This document shows positions 1-12,283 of a DNA stretch of 64,000 bases, piece by piece. The DNA lies in the NCBI GenBank assembly GCA_040954595.2, contig CM082576.2, positions 5,829,029 through 5,893,028 on the forward strand. The letters run 5' to 3'. Under the pieces are notes generated by a model. The model was not told the DNA's origin. It worked only from the letters and a program-made list of their open reading frames with translations, and did no database searches. Within the stretch, counting starts at the first letter, position 1. Each line of letters opens with the position of its first letter. The translations under genes were made by a program, and so were the position numbers. The stretch comes from Balanoglossus misakiensis. Lineage: Eukaryota; Animalia; Hemichordata.

Positions 1-1046
1 GGTGACGCAGGTTTTCTTAGGCTTGACAAGCTGTATTGCGCTCTGATTAATGATTTGTGCTGAATTGCTAAAATTCGGGTGCCAGTCTGAGGAGGGATCG
101 AAATCAAAGATGTCTACGACGTTGTATTGTAAACAGTTGTATTATTTGAACTTGCTCTGTGAAAATGATTTATGTGGGGGTGGTACCAGAAGTGGCCTGA
201 TGTCTTGAGGCATAGTACCTCCCTGTGTGGAGGGACTGTGCTTGAGGGGACGATTCAGAACAAGCAGTAACAGCAAAAGCGGCCGCGGCGACCATTAATA
301 TTAATAATAAACAACAGGGGTCACTTGGAGTACAAACAAAAATGATTGTCATCAATGAAATACTGGCTTTGGTTTTACATCACATTCGCGTTTATGTTAG
401 CAGCACGAAAACACTGATAACAACAGTAATAAAATTGACGCTGGCAAACAGTTTTGGGGACGTCTGCAACATTTTTAATCGAATACCTTTACAATTTTGT
501 TTGATTTTGCTGTTGTTATCAGTGACTGCAAATTTTGATAAGATACGCCTTTCACATCGGAAAGTGTCAATCTTATCATGGCTTACAACCACTGATATAT
601 AAATCTTTATGCGTCGAACCGGTGACGATTTTTGCAATCACGGATTTTCAGTGGTGACATTGTAAGGCAATAAGCACCGTGATCTTGACTTCAAGCACCT
701 ACCCGGTTATGAAATATCCTCGACGTTTAAGATATGCGATTATCTACAATTGCAGTTTTTGTAAGAGGGCTTGTTTTGACAGGTTCAATTAGACACGGTC
801 AGATCGCCGGCATATATGCTAATGATGCGTGTAATAAATTTAACAGCTACTAAACATGTCAAAACCAGTTGATACATCTGAATCAAGTGTATTCTTGTAG
901 CTTCAGCTGATGAAGATATGATTAGTACGCTGAAATAAAGTCTGACTGAATATAAAGGACAATTTGAGGTCTTCACTGTAACAGACCACTCTGTGCACCA
1001 CGCATGAAAGGAAAGCAAAAGCTGTAATCTTGTGTTTTAATTACAG

Positions 1047-4000
1047 ATACCTTTTGGCAGACAAGACCATGCACTTCTTGCCAGTGGCCATGTCCATCTT
1101 AGTCTCGTTCATGTCACCGTTATCTATCATGGGAACTCCCGCCGAAATCTATGCCAACGGTACCGGCTACGCTGCCTTTACTCTGTCATATTTGTGGTGT
1201 CTACCTTTGGTTGCATACCTCTTCCTTCCTGTGTTCATGGACCTCCAGTTGATCAGTGCATACCAGGTAATCATGATGGCGAGAGACGACATTTCCAAAG
1301 TGCAAACATGACATTTCTTATGAGAGAAATACAAAAGCTGGGAATTTTTACGTACAATGTATTTGATTCTTTTTCACCAATCCCACATCTACTATTACTG
1401 CTACTAGACACAATCTATCTTTCTTCGTTTCCAGTACATGGAGTTCCGTTTTAATTTCCCTCTTCGCATCTTGGTGTCGTTGATTTTCATGTTCCAGTCA
1501 CTTTTGTATTCAGCAGCCTGCCTGGTGGGGCCGGCACTGGCTATAGAAGCAGGTGAGTGAGTCTGTTTGGGTATTGTATTGTTTTGTATTGTATTGTATT
1601 GTATTGTATTGTATTGTATTGTATTGTATTGTATTGTATTGTATTGTATTGTATTGTATTGTATTGTATTGTATTGTATTGTATTGTATTGTATTGTATT
1701 GTATTGTATTGTATTGTATTGTATTGAATTGTATTGTATTGTATTGTATTGTATTGTATTGTATTGCATTGCATTGCATTGCATTGCATTGCACTGTATT
1801 GTATTGTATTGTATTGTATTGAGATGGAAATTTTAATTTTTTATTTTTTACACATTTTATTGCAGTTCAAAATTTCGAACTCTGGAAAACCCTTCTTATC
1901 ACCGGTATACTCTGTACAGTCTATACAGCGCTTGTAAGTACTCCGACAGATTCGTTTAGTGTACATGAATACTTTAAACAGACGAATAACAATAATGTTT
2001 GAAGTTATTTCATAACTTGCTGATTTTACTGATATCGTGAATTTGCATCTCTCTCTCTGTTGTCAGGGAGGAATGAAAGGCGTCATCTGGACTGATGTAT
2101 TCCAGTTCTTTGTAATCTTTGCCACTTTGTTTGCTGTGATCATCTTGGGTGTTAGCGAAGTTGGTAGCATCCATGAAGTGTTCAAGGTTCATTCTGAAGA
2201 CGGGAGATTGAACCATTTCAGGTATATTTGGCCCTACTTGCTTTTGGTAAAAATACAAGTTTTGCAATTAAATGAACGTGCGTCTCATATATAGAATTTT
2301 ATTTTATGATTGTTGAGAAACTTACAATTTTCTTTTTCCACAGTTTTGATTTAGACCCAACAAGACGGACGGGCTTTTTCAGCGGGATGATCGGGGGTGG
2401 AATCGCATTGTCGCCGCTGTTTATCAGCCAAACTGCCGTACAGCGGTATATGACAGTGCGGTCACTTAAACACTCGCAGGCGTAAGTCTAAAGTAAACTT
2501 TTTTTGCTTTACAAGCTCTTCGCAACCATACGGCATTATGGTCTAGTGATCGCTTAAATATTATAACCGAATCGCCTATGTTGAATTTAATAATTTCCCC
2601 CCGAGATTGGGAAACCGATTCTCTCTTCGATTTTAACCTCTTTGTATTTGAACCCTTTTCAGTTCAGTGATGGTTAACATACCATTTGCGCTCTTCTCTG
2701 GTCCTTGTTTGTATTTATGTGGAATGGTTCTTTATGTCTATTATAACGGTAGGTAATGTTTCGCATGTTATTGAGTTACAGTTCTTGTAAAACAGCATTG
2801 AATATACTTTGCAAAGAATAAAAACACAATTGATGTATTTACATAAATCGAGGTATAAAGATACGAACATTTAATTACGCAGCAGGACACTGAGTGCATT
2901 TTAAATACCAATTTATAAACTGTGTATAAGCATACATATATGTCTGTCTGGCGATGTTTTCTTATTAACTTAAGTTTCTTAATACCTACAGGTGACTTAA
3001 CTGGTCTTCAGCTTCCTATCAATGCCACACTACCAACTGGTAAGTTTCTTATATCATTTTTACGTAAAAATGCTCTACATTTACCAAAATACGCAAATCA
3101 ATGCTGATATGAATTAGACCAATAAGCATACATTCTGTATATGCAAGATTAGAAAAAGATAAGTATTTCCCTACGACATGTAACAAGACCATGTTTATTA
3201 TGATATATCTATTCTGCCTTCAGGCGACACGGAAATTATGTTACCAGTTCCTGGTGATGGCGCCCGTTATGAACCTAACTACAGTTCCGCCGATCAGGTA
3301 TGTGAATTGTAATCGCCCGGCAACCTATCTTTACTGCGACTTATTTACGTTTGTATAATATACTAACATGATTCAATGTATTCCGTGATTTCACAACTGT
3401 ATAAACAGTTTTACTACAACTCTTATCATTATTTCTAGATACTGGTATACTTTGTTAGTTCCAAATTTGGCCACTTACCCGGCATACAAGGACTGTTTGT
3501 GGCATGCCTGTTCGCTGGTACGTTGAGGTAAGAATGGCAAAATTATTGGACTGGTGTTTAAAATCTTTAATCTCAAAGTAAGAAACAACAACGTTAAATT
3601 TAGAAACCGGAAAAGTGAAGTAAAATCAAAGAAGAAAGCTGTCGTTCGAATCTGAAATGGCAGTTTTATTTTTAACGAGAAAGGTTTGCAAAGGCGTCAC
3701 GAGATTTGACGTAATAATGAAAATTGAGTGCAAAGAGTTCTATGCTGTATGTTGTGGTATGAGTAACGCTTTGTGTTTTCACATAAAATCGGTTCATCGA
3801 TTTGTGAAGTTCGGTGTCTTCAGCCCTTAACGCAATGACAGCCATCACCTTGGAGGATTTCATCAAACCATTCCGTTCATGGTGGGCAAAGAGAAGGGGA
3901 ACGCCAATAAAAGTTGACGACGAACGAGATACCTTTCTTTCCAAGATTCTTAGTGAGTGTCTTCAGACTTCTCTCTTACGAACTGCATGGTTACCATGCT

Positions 4001-4386
4001 CACTGATATTACATTTAAATATGTAACCTAGTTCATATCGACATTTTCATGATATATTTATCTTCATCAATTCGTACATGATAATCATTATGTTTTTCAG
4101 CGTGTACATATGGACTTTGTAGTATAGGTTTAGGATTTGTTGCAAGTACCCTAGGCAGTCTTTTGGTACTTGGCTTTACTATTCTTGGAATTACTGGCGG
4201 CCCAATAATGGGTACCTTTGGTGTAGGAATGATGTACAAGCGGGCTAATGGGATGTAAGTAAAACACGCTTGTAAAGATGTTGTTGAACGTCCTCATACA
4301 TACATGATAACGAGGATCATTGTAGTAACAGTAAATCTATTGTGAAGTGAATGGAGAACGCATCCACGAATCAGCAACTTTCAACC

Positions 4387-4433
<47 letters not shown>

Positions 4434-5135
4434 GACACTTGGATTGTAGGGAAAGTGTTTCAAGGGCCAAAATTGTCTTTACAGAGGAATGGTGTGTGGT
4501 ACATTGTTAGGTTTTGGCTTCGGAGCCTGGATCGCGTTTGGAGCCTATGCCAACCAGGGTAACTTAGAAGAAGCTCTCGGATTATATCGCGTAAATAATT
4601 CATGATTTTTACTTTTTTTATGAAGTATAATGACCTTTGTATACCATCTTTTAAATGTTTATTATACGTCATGTTTTACAATGAAAGCACACCTTGACTT
4701 AACCTCTTCCTCTGGTTTTATTTCATATTTTTGTACTTCAGCTCACAAGGGCGTTAAACCAAGTGATTTGATATACACCGTTATATTATACTTTACCATT
4801 TTAAATTCTAGGTGTCTTATTTGATGTATGGATTCTATGGAACGGTTGTGACGATACTGGTCGGGATCTTGGTTAGTGAGATTGTACGCATTTTCAGTCC
4901 CAGTGAAAGAACAAAAACTGTCGATCCAATCTTACTGGCCAGATTTCTTAGGTGAGTGTAATCAGTAATTAGTCAACACAAACAGCTGAATGTCCACAAC
5001 ATAATAAAATTGTGATGCCTAGTATGTACTGATATGCGAGAAGATGTTTGGAAACTCCTAATATATTACAATTTTTTTCACTCATTCAGGCCGGTTGGTT
5101 GGACTACAGCTGAAAGCAAATTACCCGCGGAATAA
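1047..5135 (+). CDS. SLC5 family sodium:solute symporter (SMCT/SMVT/NIS-like), multi-exon, 5' end not located
   Basis: Frame-consistent GT-AG exons: 1047-1266, 1435-1552, 1866-1933, 2067-2221, 2344-2482, 2663-2748, 2992-3039, 3224-3297, 3439-3527, 3810-3952, 4101-4254, 4485-4558, 4742-4779, 4812-4951, 5090-5135. Family motifs: YLLADKTM..PVAMS, GTPAEIY, GGMKGVIWTDVFQ, QTAVQRYM, LPGIQGLFVACLFAGTLSSVSSALNAM, GGPIMGTF. Confidence 0.93.
1572..1821. repeat. (GTATT)n microsatellite with a (GCATT)n patch, intronic
   Basis: Directly visible; explains the YNTIQ/YCIVL pseudo-ORFs. Confidence 0.97.
4387..4433. repeat. (CAA)n microsatellite, intronic
   Basis: Directly visible. Confidence 0.95.
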
Positions 5136-5501
5136 TATTCACCGAGTTGCACTAGTTTATTTGATCAATTTTTATAGAGTTACATAATGTAAAACTACGC
5201 ATTGTAATTATAAAAGAAAGTTTGTTTCGTCTTGGCTTGCAAGCCAGAGAATCAAAATTTCGAACAGAAGGAAGAAAGTGAACTCTTATAAAAGACAATG
5301 ATCATGGTAAAATAATGTGGAATGTACAACAATTATTTCTGACGTGTACATCTGTTTCATGGATGTCTATAGAGCCTTTCTGATTGCCTCATCAGTAGTA
5401 TAGGGGGTTGTATATAACACAAATCTTGCGCGTACAATATTTTTGTTCTATACAACCACTACACTATACTCCCATCTGCCGTTTCATTAACGCGGACAGG
5501 G

Positions 5502-6276
5502 TTATCCATTTAGAACGTAAAACCCTATGGCTTTGACAGCAGCGAAATTCTCCTCTCCCGTCGGAATGATCTGATCTTCCGGTAGTAGGAAGCCATACTC
5601 GGACCTCAAGCTATCACGAAGCTCAATGGCGAAGGCATACGAGACACCTCCGGAAGAATAAACCCAATCCACGGACACGCCAGTAATTCTACCTTAAAAT
5701 GTATTAACAGGACACGAAAATGTTAGCAATCTTTGAAAGCTGATTATAACTGATTTATTCTTTTTAAATATACAGGAATGTTATGTTGTGTTGGATTTTT
5801 ATACTAGTATCAGGAAATCTGGAAATTCAATTTAGTCTTGAAAATTCTTCGAATGATTAAAAGCTGTTCTTTAACAAAATGATTTTGCAAAATATTCAAG
5901 AAATGGTTGTCAAAATGACCAACCTGAATTCACAAACATTCCTGTATTGATCTATAAATGACTGACTGATTCTACGCATGGCTAATGCATGACCAAGGAA
6001 AGTACCGGACACTCAAAAAGTGTATTTCTAAAGTGAAATGTTAGGTTTTTTCCCGCACCTGCTATATGCACTTACCAAACATATGAGAGATTTTCCCGGG
6101 TTCATATTCTCTTCCATGGACAGACTTTATAGCCATAGTTGCTAATGTTTCAATATTCTTCAGAAATACGGAAACGAGACGAAACAAAACACTGAATGAA
6201 TGTACATTTTTTTGCAAGCCAACAATTATAACGAAGGATACACCTACAATAATGTGGAAAAGCAATGCACACATGT

Positions 6277-6337
<61 letters not shown>

Positions 6338-8909
6338 AATAAAACAAAGCAAACCAACCACATGATTTTCTGCAAATGCACCTGCGATATCGAGCTTTCT
6401 AGGGCTGTCTTGTTATCTCTAGTTTGACATTCTAATACAGGTGGTCGTGCATACTCACGTCATCAGTTTTATCGCCAGGTTCTTCGTAGGTGTAGCTCCA
6501 TCTGGATAGCCACAGCTGCCCATAAGCATGATAGTCCAAGTACACATCAACATCGTGGGTTTTGATGAAATCTGCTATCTCCCTGACCTCTCTTTCAGAG
6601 AACGGACGGGATCCATGATATATGTCAGAACAAGGATTGTCGCTTGTTCCGGGACCTTTAGAGACAGGAAATGTGTTAACAATACAGTATTGCAAAAGTT
6701 GAAACAGGGAACAAAAGTGTCCGTCCAGTCACATTCTACTTTTGTGGCTATGGCGTGTTAAACATGTTGTCCGACGTCCCTGAAACCTCAGAACCGATAG
6801 GAGGTCGTATCCGTACCTGCGAAATTAGAAGTTGTAGGCAAGGCAATATTCACAATGTGTGAAGAATTTACACTCGCCGGTCATGAAATACCTGACATTA
6901 CATGCGCGCTTGGTAGCCCAATGGTGTGGAGGGGCTCATGCTATGGGTTTACAGGTGATTGAGAAAAATAGGCAATATCCCTGATTTTCAGGTACAGGGT
7001 CCCCGTGCATGGTATGTCACTCACCCATTGAGGGGCGGAGACTAGGTCACATGTCATATGCGCATATAGGCAACTGTTTTCCCCTTTCTGAGTCACTTCT
7101 GAGGTAGCCGTCTTGCAGCTAACAGCGTACTTCGTGTGCTCCTGATCCAATCTCTTGGCTACCGCTATTTTGCGTTTATTTACGTTCAACTCCATTTCTA
7201 TGCATCACTAGTACGTCTCTGTGAGACTCGATTGCTAGATCGGTGGGTTTACGTAGCTATTTTTCCGGTGTTATTGCTTATTCGGTCCGCCTGAGTCGGG
7301 ACGGGTGTTCTGTCGCCCAGCTTTGCAAGTGCGTGTTCTGTCCACGCACAAGTCGAACGCTTCAGTGACAGTCGTCATCGGAAGCTCGTTCACGTTACCA
7401 CACTGCAGACATCTGTGGGAATTTCCCCAGAGTGCTTTATTAGTTGTTGAACCTGTAAAGTATTTGCAGTGTTTTCCGAGATTTTGTGACAATATCCTCG
7501 TTTTTCTCAAGTATAGACATACATGTCCATCGCGAAACTTACCTCCCCATTCCATGTCCCAGTTTCGATTCGGATCTGTTCCAGTACAGTTGGCATCTTC
7601 GTTTATAGATCTAGTTTTTCTCCACATTCGGTCCTAAGACATTTCGATGAACAGAATATTGAAAAAGAATTCATGGGTTATACGGTCGATCTCGTGTTCA
7701 TGCTTATTAATATCACATAACATCTGCGTTGTCATGAAAGGGGCAGTTAAACATTTAAATATTTAAATTCTCCCTTCCTGTCCGGAACCACCTAGCACCT
7801 GAATGATTGAAGAAATGAAATTGGGCATCCCCTTGGTTAACTAGAATTTTGACCACCTCATACCACCACATAATTTAACGCCACCTACAGAACATGACAA
7901 TGGCTGGTTCCGGTTGTGAACTCTATTAGAGCGATTTCTTGATTGTTTTAAACAAGGCAAAGAAGGCATCACAAACCCCATCACTGGCCCATGTGTACAT
8001 GTATCCATCCACATTGGCAACAGGTACTATGAACCAGACTATTTCGTCAACCAGTCGAGTTATGTCAGAATCCTCTCCATATTTGCTGAAAAGCTTACAA
8101 ACGTTCAGATGAAATGCCGGTTAGTCAACTTAGAGGAAATGATCCGTAATCATCTACCCTCCGCACTGTACATGCATTTTCCAAGTTTAATTATAACTCC
8201 ATCGCAACCGTATTTCTGTCTCAAATGCTATCGTCAAATATCGGATTAATACATTAAAATCGGTTGCAAGTACCTCATGAGCCATGAAGATGAGCGTGGC
8301 TGGCGAAATCCATTCTCTTGCATGGAAACCTCCAACCAGAAAGACATTGGGCTTCTTTTTTCCCGTAACCACGCCATCTTTCGCTATCTGCATTGACGAT
8401 GATAACATGGAAGTGAAAATTAAAATTTTATGAGATGGTACGGGCAGGGCACATGACACCTTTGTGCAAAGTGAGGCGACAACTGCTACTGTTGTCGAGA
8501 GTGATATAGCTGGTTTTCTAAGTAGGCAAAACGTGTGGACGAGTTCATATTGAGCTGATGAGTATTGCAGTATAAGCTTGTTGGAAGACTTTAAAGAGGC
8601 AAATTATCAACGCTCAAAATTATTAGAAAAGTTTGACTTTCTAGCTACATTTTACCTTGAAAGCCTGGATTTCTCTTTTTTCAAAAGATGTGGCAATTTT
8701 GAATACTTGGACTATCTCTTCGTGTTTATCAGCACTCTCCAACATCCACGTTTCGATCTGACAAAGAAACAAAGGATTATTGTGTGATGGCTTGTGTTAA
8801 AAATAGACCACAGAAAATCTTGTCGTTTAGAGGTTGTAATTTTCTTTATTAGTGATTGTTTACTTCTGTTCACAGAGAAACGCACTGTATGAGCTTTTAA
8901 AAGATAGTA

Positions 8910-8943
<34 letters not shown>

Positions 8944-8944
8944 C

Positions 8945-8989
<45 letters not shown>

Positions 8990-9945
8990 TATAAAGAAAC
9001 ATACACCAAATTCTTCCTGCTGTCTATAACTGAACCCGAATGTCGTCAAATATGGCGGCTTGTCTCTTAAATATTTCACTTTGTGTGCGGCGTACATTAC
9101 TGATCAAACAGAATCATATGATTTGTATCCCAAGTCTTACCTCTTCGTACGTGTGATAGCGATCGAACTCAAACTGGTCTGGAGGATGGTCAGCAGCCTC
9201 ACTTCGACGTCCCACTTGGTGATCGATAAGTGATTGTACGTCGTCAATCATGACGTCATAATTGATATTCGCCATTTTGAGCGAATCATCGATGTCATCG
9301 GTCAGATCTGGCGGAATCATTATGTCCACTGGTTGTTCTAATGCGTACGGCGATTTCCAAAAGTCAAGCTAGGCATTAAGAAGCTAGTGTTACAGAGTAT
9401 ATAGGATTACATAGAAAATGGTGCAGTTCCAAAATATGTAATTCGATACTTCAGCATTAGCTCATACAATGGGAAATTCGAAATTAAAAGAACGTAAAAC
9501 AAGTTTCAATTCAAAGGACTATCAAGGCTCATAGGATTCCTTTTTTTAGAATTGAGTTTTATTCAACGATTAAACAATTTATTGTGGTTAATATGTTCGC
9601 AATCGGAACTTGCGGATGAACTACGTGATCGAAAGCGTACCTGGGCACCGTAAAAACGTTTTAGTCTTTCAATAGAATTTATGTCTTCGTTGTCCTTTGG
9701 GTAAATGCGTAGAACCTGGTATCTGCAATGACAATATTGATATAAAGACACCAATTCCACCCACTGATATTGTTATGTTATGCGTGTAAAACAACTTGAC
9801 TGACACAGAGTTTTTTGGTTTCGATTTGGAAATATAGAATAGATGAGTTACCCTACCTGTCAAACCTACCATCCGCTCTAACTAACGGAACTACACACAT
9901 GGAAAGACACACGCCCATAACAAAGAAACCAAGCTTGAAAGTCAT
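5502..9945 (-). CDS. M14A zinc carboxypeptidase (CPA/CPB-like preproenzyme), copy 1, 10 exons, ~430 aa
   Basis: Exons 9945-9857, 9722-9641, 9368-9141, 8757-8656, 8387-8274, 8093-7977, 7633-7543, 6655-6459, 6157-6076, 5692-5502 sum to 1293 nt in frame. Signal peptide [24 protein letters not shown]; pro-domain [14 protein letters not shown]; motifs [55 protein letters not shown]. Confidence 0.95.
6278..6335. repeat. (CAA)n microsatellite (longer paralogous copy at ~12185-12283)
   Basis: Directly visible; length differs between the duplicates. Confidence 0.93.
6880..7490. mobile_element. ~610-bp intronic segment present only in duplicate 1; possible non-autonomous DNA element
   Basis: Copy 2 reads cactcgccggt-ttcaa-aatatcctcg at ~13124-13149 without this segment. 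Ends gtcatgaaat / attttgtgac form an imperfect 8/10 inverted repeat. No clear TSD. Confidence 0.45.
8910..8986. repeat. (GAC)n(GAT)n compound microsatellite (paralogue at ~14561-14647)
   Basis: Directly visible. Confidence 0.93.
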
Positions 9946-10321
9946 TCTCCAGGTTGCAGTGTCACTGTGTGAGTTACGTGATCTATGTCTATGTGCGACC
10001 CGTGTTAGGCAGATTTGCTGTTTTGTACACTTGTGTAATTGTGTAGAGTGTCGTGTGCATAGGTGAGTAAATGTTTTGACCGTTGACATGTGCGAATATG
10101 AGAGACCATTAATCTGATTATACGAGCGGACTGTAGTGTTTGGAAACTCATTAAATGGTAGTTATCCTACTAATATTAGATTATTGACAGGAAAGACTGT
10201 CGGGGCACTGTTTAATACTATAACTGTCTGATTGTTAATTACGAATTCAATACTGCAATTAAAAGAAATTGTTATCATATGAAAAACATCATTGTAAGGA
10301 ACATTATTTTAAAAAAAAAAC

Positions 10322-10735
10322 ACGCTGTGGTGCAAATAAGAATTTGTACCGCTGCGGTGCAAATAAGATCATTGGAGTTATGCTGCAATATAGTGCGGAA
10401 AATTTCCGACTTTTTCGAGTACAAATCGTGATGGCGAAGGGTTCAGGAAGGCTAGCCTTTTACCTGAAGGTGTCAACTGATGTTGGTTCGAGACCACTTT
10501 TTTTCTATTTCTTTTTTTTGTGTGAGAACTTATAACGACATTATCATTGTAGTTTTTATCATTTTCATAAATCCAATTCATTTCAATATCTACGCTGCGT
10601 TTTTCATCTGTCGGGTATAAGAAACATGCAGGGAAACTTGGTCATTTTTTTTGTCGCGGTTCACTTGGGCAAGTCTGAATACGGAGTGCTCAGCAGAGAG
10701 AAAGATAAACTCGCTAAAACCGTGTCTTTCCATCC
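10322..10735. repeat. Single truncated monomer of the 526-bp satellite
   Basis: Matches the monomer from gctg(t/c)ggtgcaaataag to ccgtgtctttccatcc, then switches to duplicated SLC5 intron sequence. Confidence 0.92.
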
Positions 10736-10805
10736 TAGTATGTACTGATATGCCAGAAGATGTTTGGAAACTCCTAATATATTACAATTTTTTTCACTCA
10801 TTCAG

Positions 10806-10851
10806 GCCGGTTGGTTGGACTACAGCTGAAAGCAAATTACCCGCGGAATAA
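10806..10851 (+). pseudogene. Orphan duplicate of the SLC5 terminal exon (RPVGWTTAESKLPAE*)
   Basis: Identical to 5090-5135 and keeps its acceptor ctcattcag; no upstream exons were duplicated. Confidence 0.8.
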
Positions 10852-11219
10852 TATTCACCGAGTTGCACTAGTTTATTTCATCAATTGTTATAGAGTTACA
10901 TAATGTAAAACCACGCATTGTAATTATAAAAGAAAGTTTGTTTCGTCTTGGCTTGCAAGCCGGATATTCAAAATTTCGAACAGAAGGAAGAAAGTGAACT
11001 CTTATAAAAGACAATGATCATGGTAAAATAATGTGGAATGTACACCAATTATTTGTGACGTGTACATCTGTTTCATGGATGCTTATAGAGCCTTTCTGTT
11101 TGCCTCATCAGTAGTATAGAGGGCTGTATATATAACACAAATCTTGCGCGTACAATATCTTTGTTCTATACAACCACTACACTATACTCCCATCTGCCGT
11201 TTCATTAACGTGGACAGGG

Positions 11220-12184
11220 TTATCCATTTAGAACGTAAAACCCTATGGCTTTGACAGCAGCGAAATTCTCCTCTCCCGTCGGAATGATCTGATCTTCCGG
11301 TAGTAGGAAGCCATAATCGGACCTCAAGCTATCACGAAGCTCAATGGCGAAGGCATACGGGACACCTCCGGAAGAATAAACCCAATCCACGGACACGCCA
11401 CTAATTCTACCTTAAAAAGTATCAACAGGACACGAAAATGTTAGCAATCTTTGAAAGCTGATTATAACTGATTTATTCTTTTTAAATATACAGGAATGTT
11501 ATGTTGTGTTGGATTTTTTATACTAGTATCAGGAAATCTGGAAATTCAATTTAGTCTTGGAAATTCTTCGAATGATTAAAAGCTGTTCTCTAACAAAATG
11601 ATTTTGTAAAATATTCAAGAAATGGTTGTCAAAATGACCAACCTGAATTCACCTTTTTTTTATGCCATGCTGCTCAAAATCAATATGTGTCAAAATCTGG
11701 TAAGATCTAGATCTGAACTCATCTTCAAAATGACTAAATGGTTTGTGGGTTTTATCTTCGCGATTTGTGTTCGGCGTGTTACTATACATGTAAAACATTA
11801 TTCGGTCACTTGAGCAACTATATTCGTGCAAAGTCTTTGAGTGAGAAAAATTCCTATATTGATCTATAAATGACTGACTGATTCTACGTTAATGCATGAC
11901 CAAGGAAAGTACCGGACACTCAAAAACTGTATTTCTAAAGTGAAATGTTAGTTTTTCCCCGCACCTGCTATATGCACTTACCAAACATGTGAGAGATTTG
12001 TCCGGGTTCATATTCTCTTCCATGGACAGACTTTATAGCCATAGTTGCTAATGTTTCAATATTCTTCAGAAATACGGAAATGAGACGAAACAAAACACTG
12101 AATGAATATACAATATTTTTTGCAAGCCAACAACTATATCGAAGGATACACCTACAATAATGTGGAAAAGCAATGCACACATGT

Positions 12185-12283
<99 letters not shown>

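Noticed and set aside
1-640. Short ORFs as a possible SLC5 first exon or separate gene
   Set aside because: No SLC5 N-terminal (DYxVF-like) helix or other recognisable motif in the frames I read.
1404-1937. ORFs with YNTIQ/YCIVL repeats, and poly-Q/D/H/V/SINQ ORFs elsewhere
   Set aside because: Translations of microsatellites.
5243-5292. Possible extra SLC5 terminal exon (ENQNFEQKEESELL*)
   Set aside because: No suitable GT donor before the in-frame TAA at 5133-5135.
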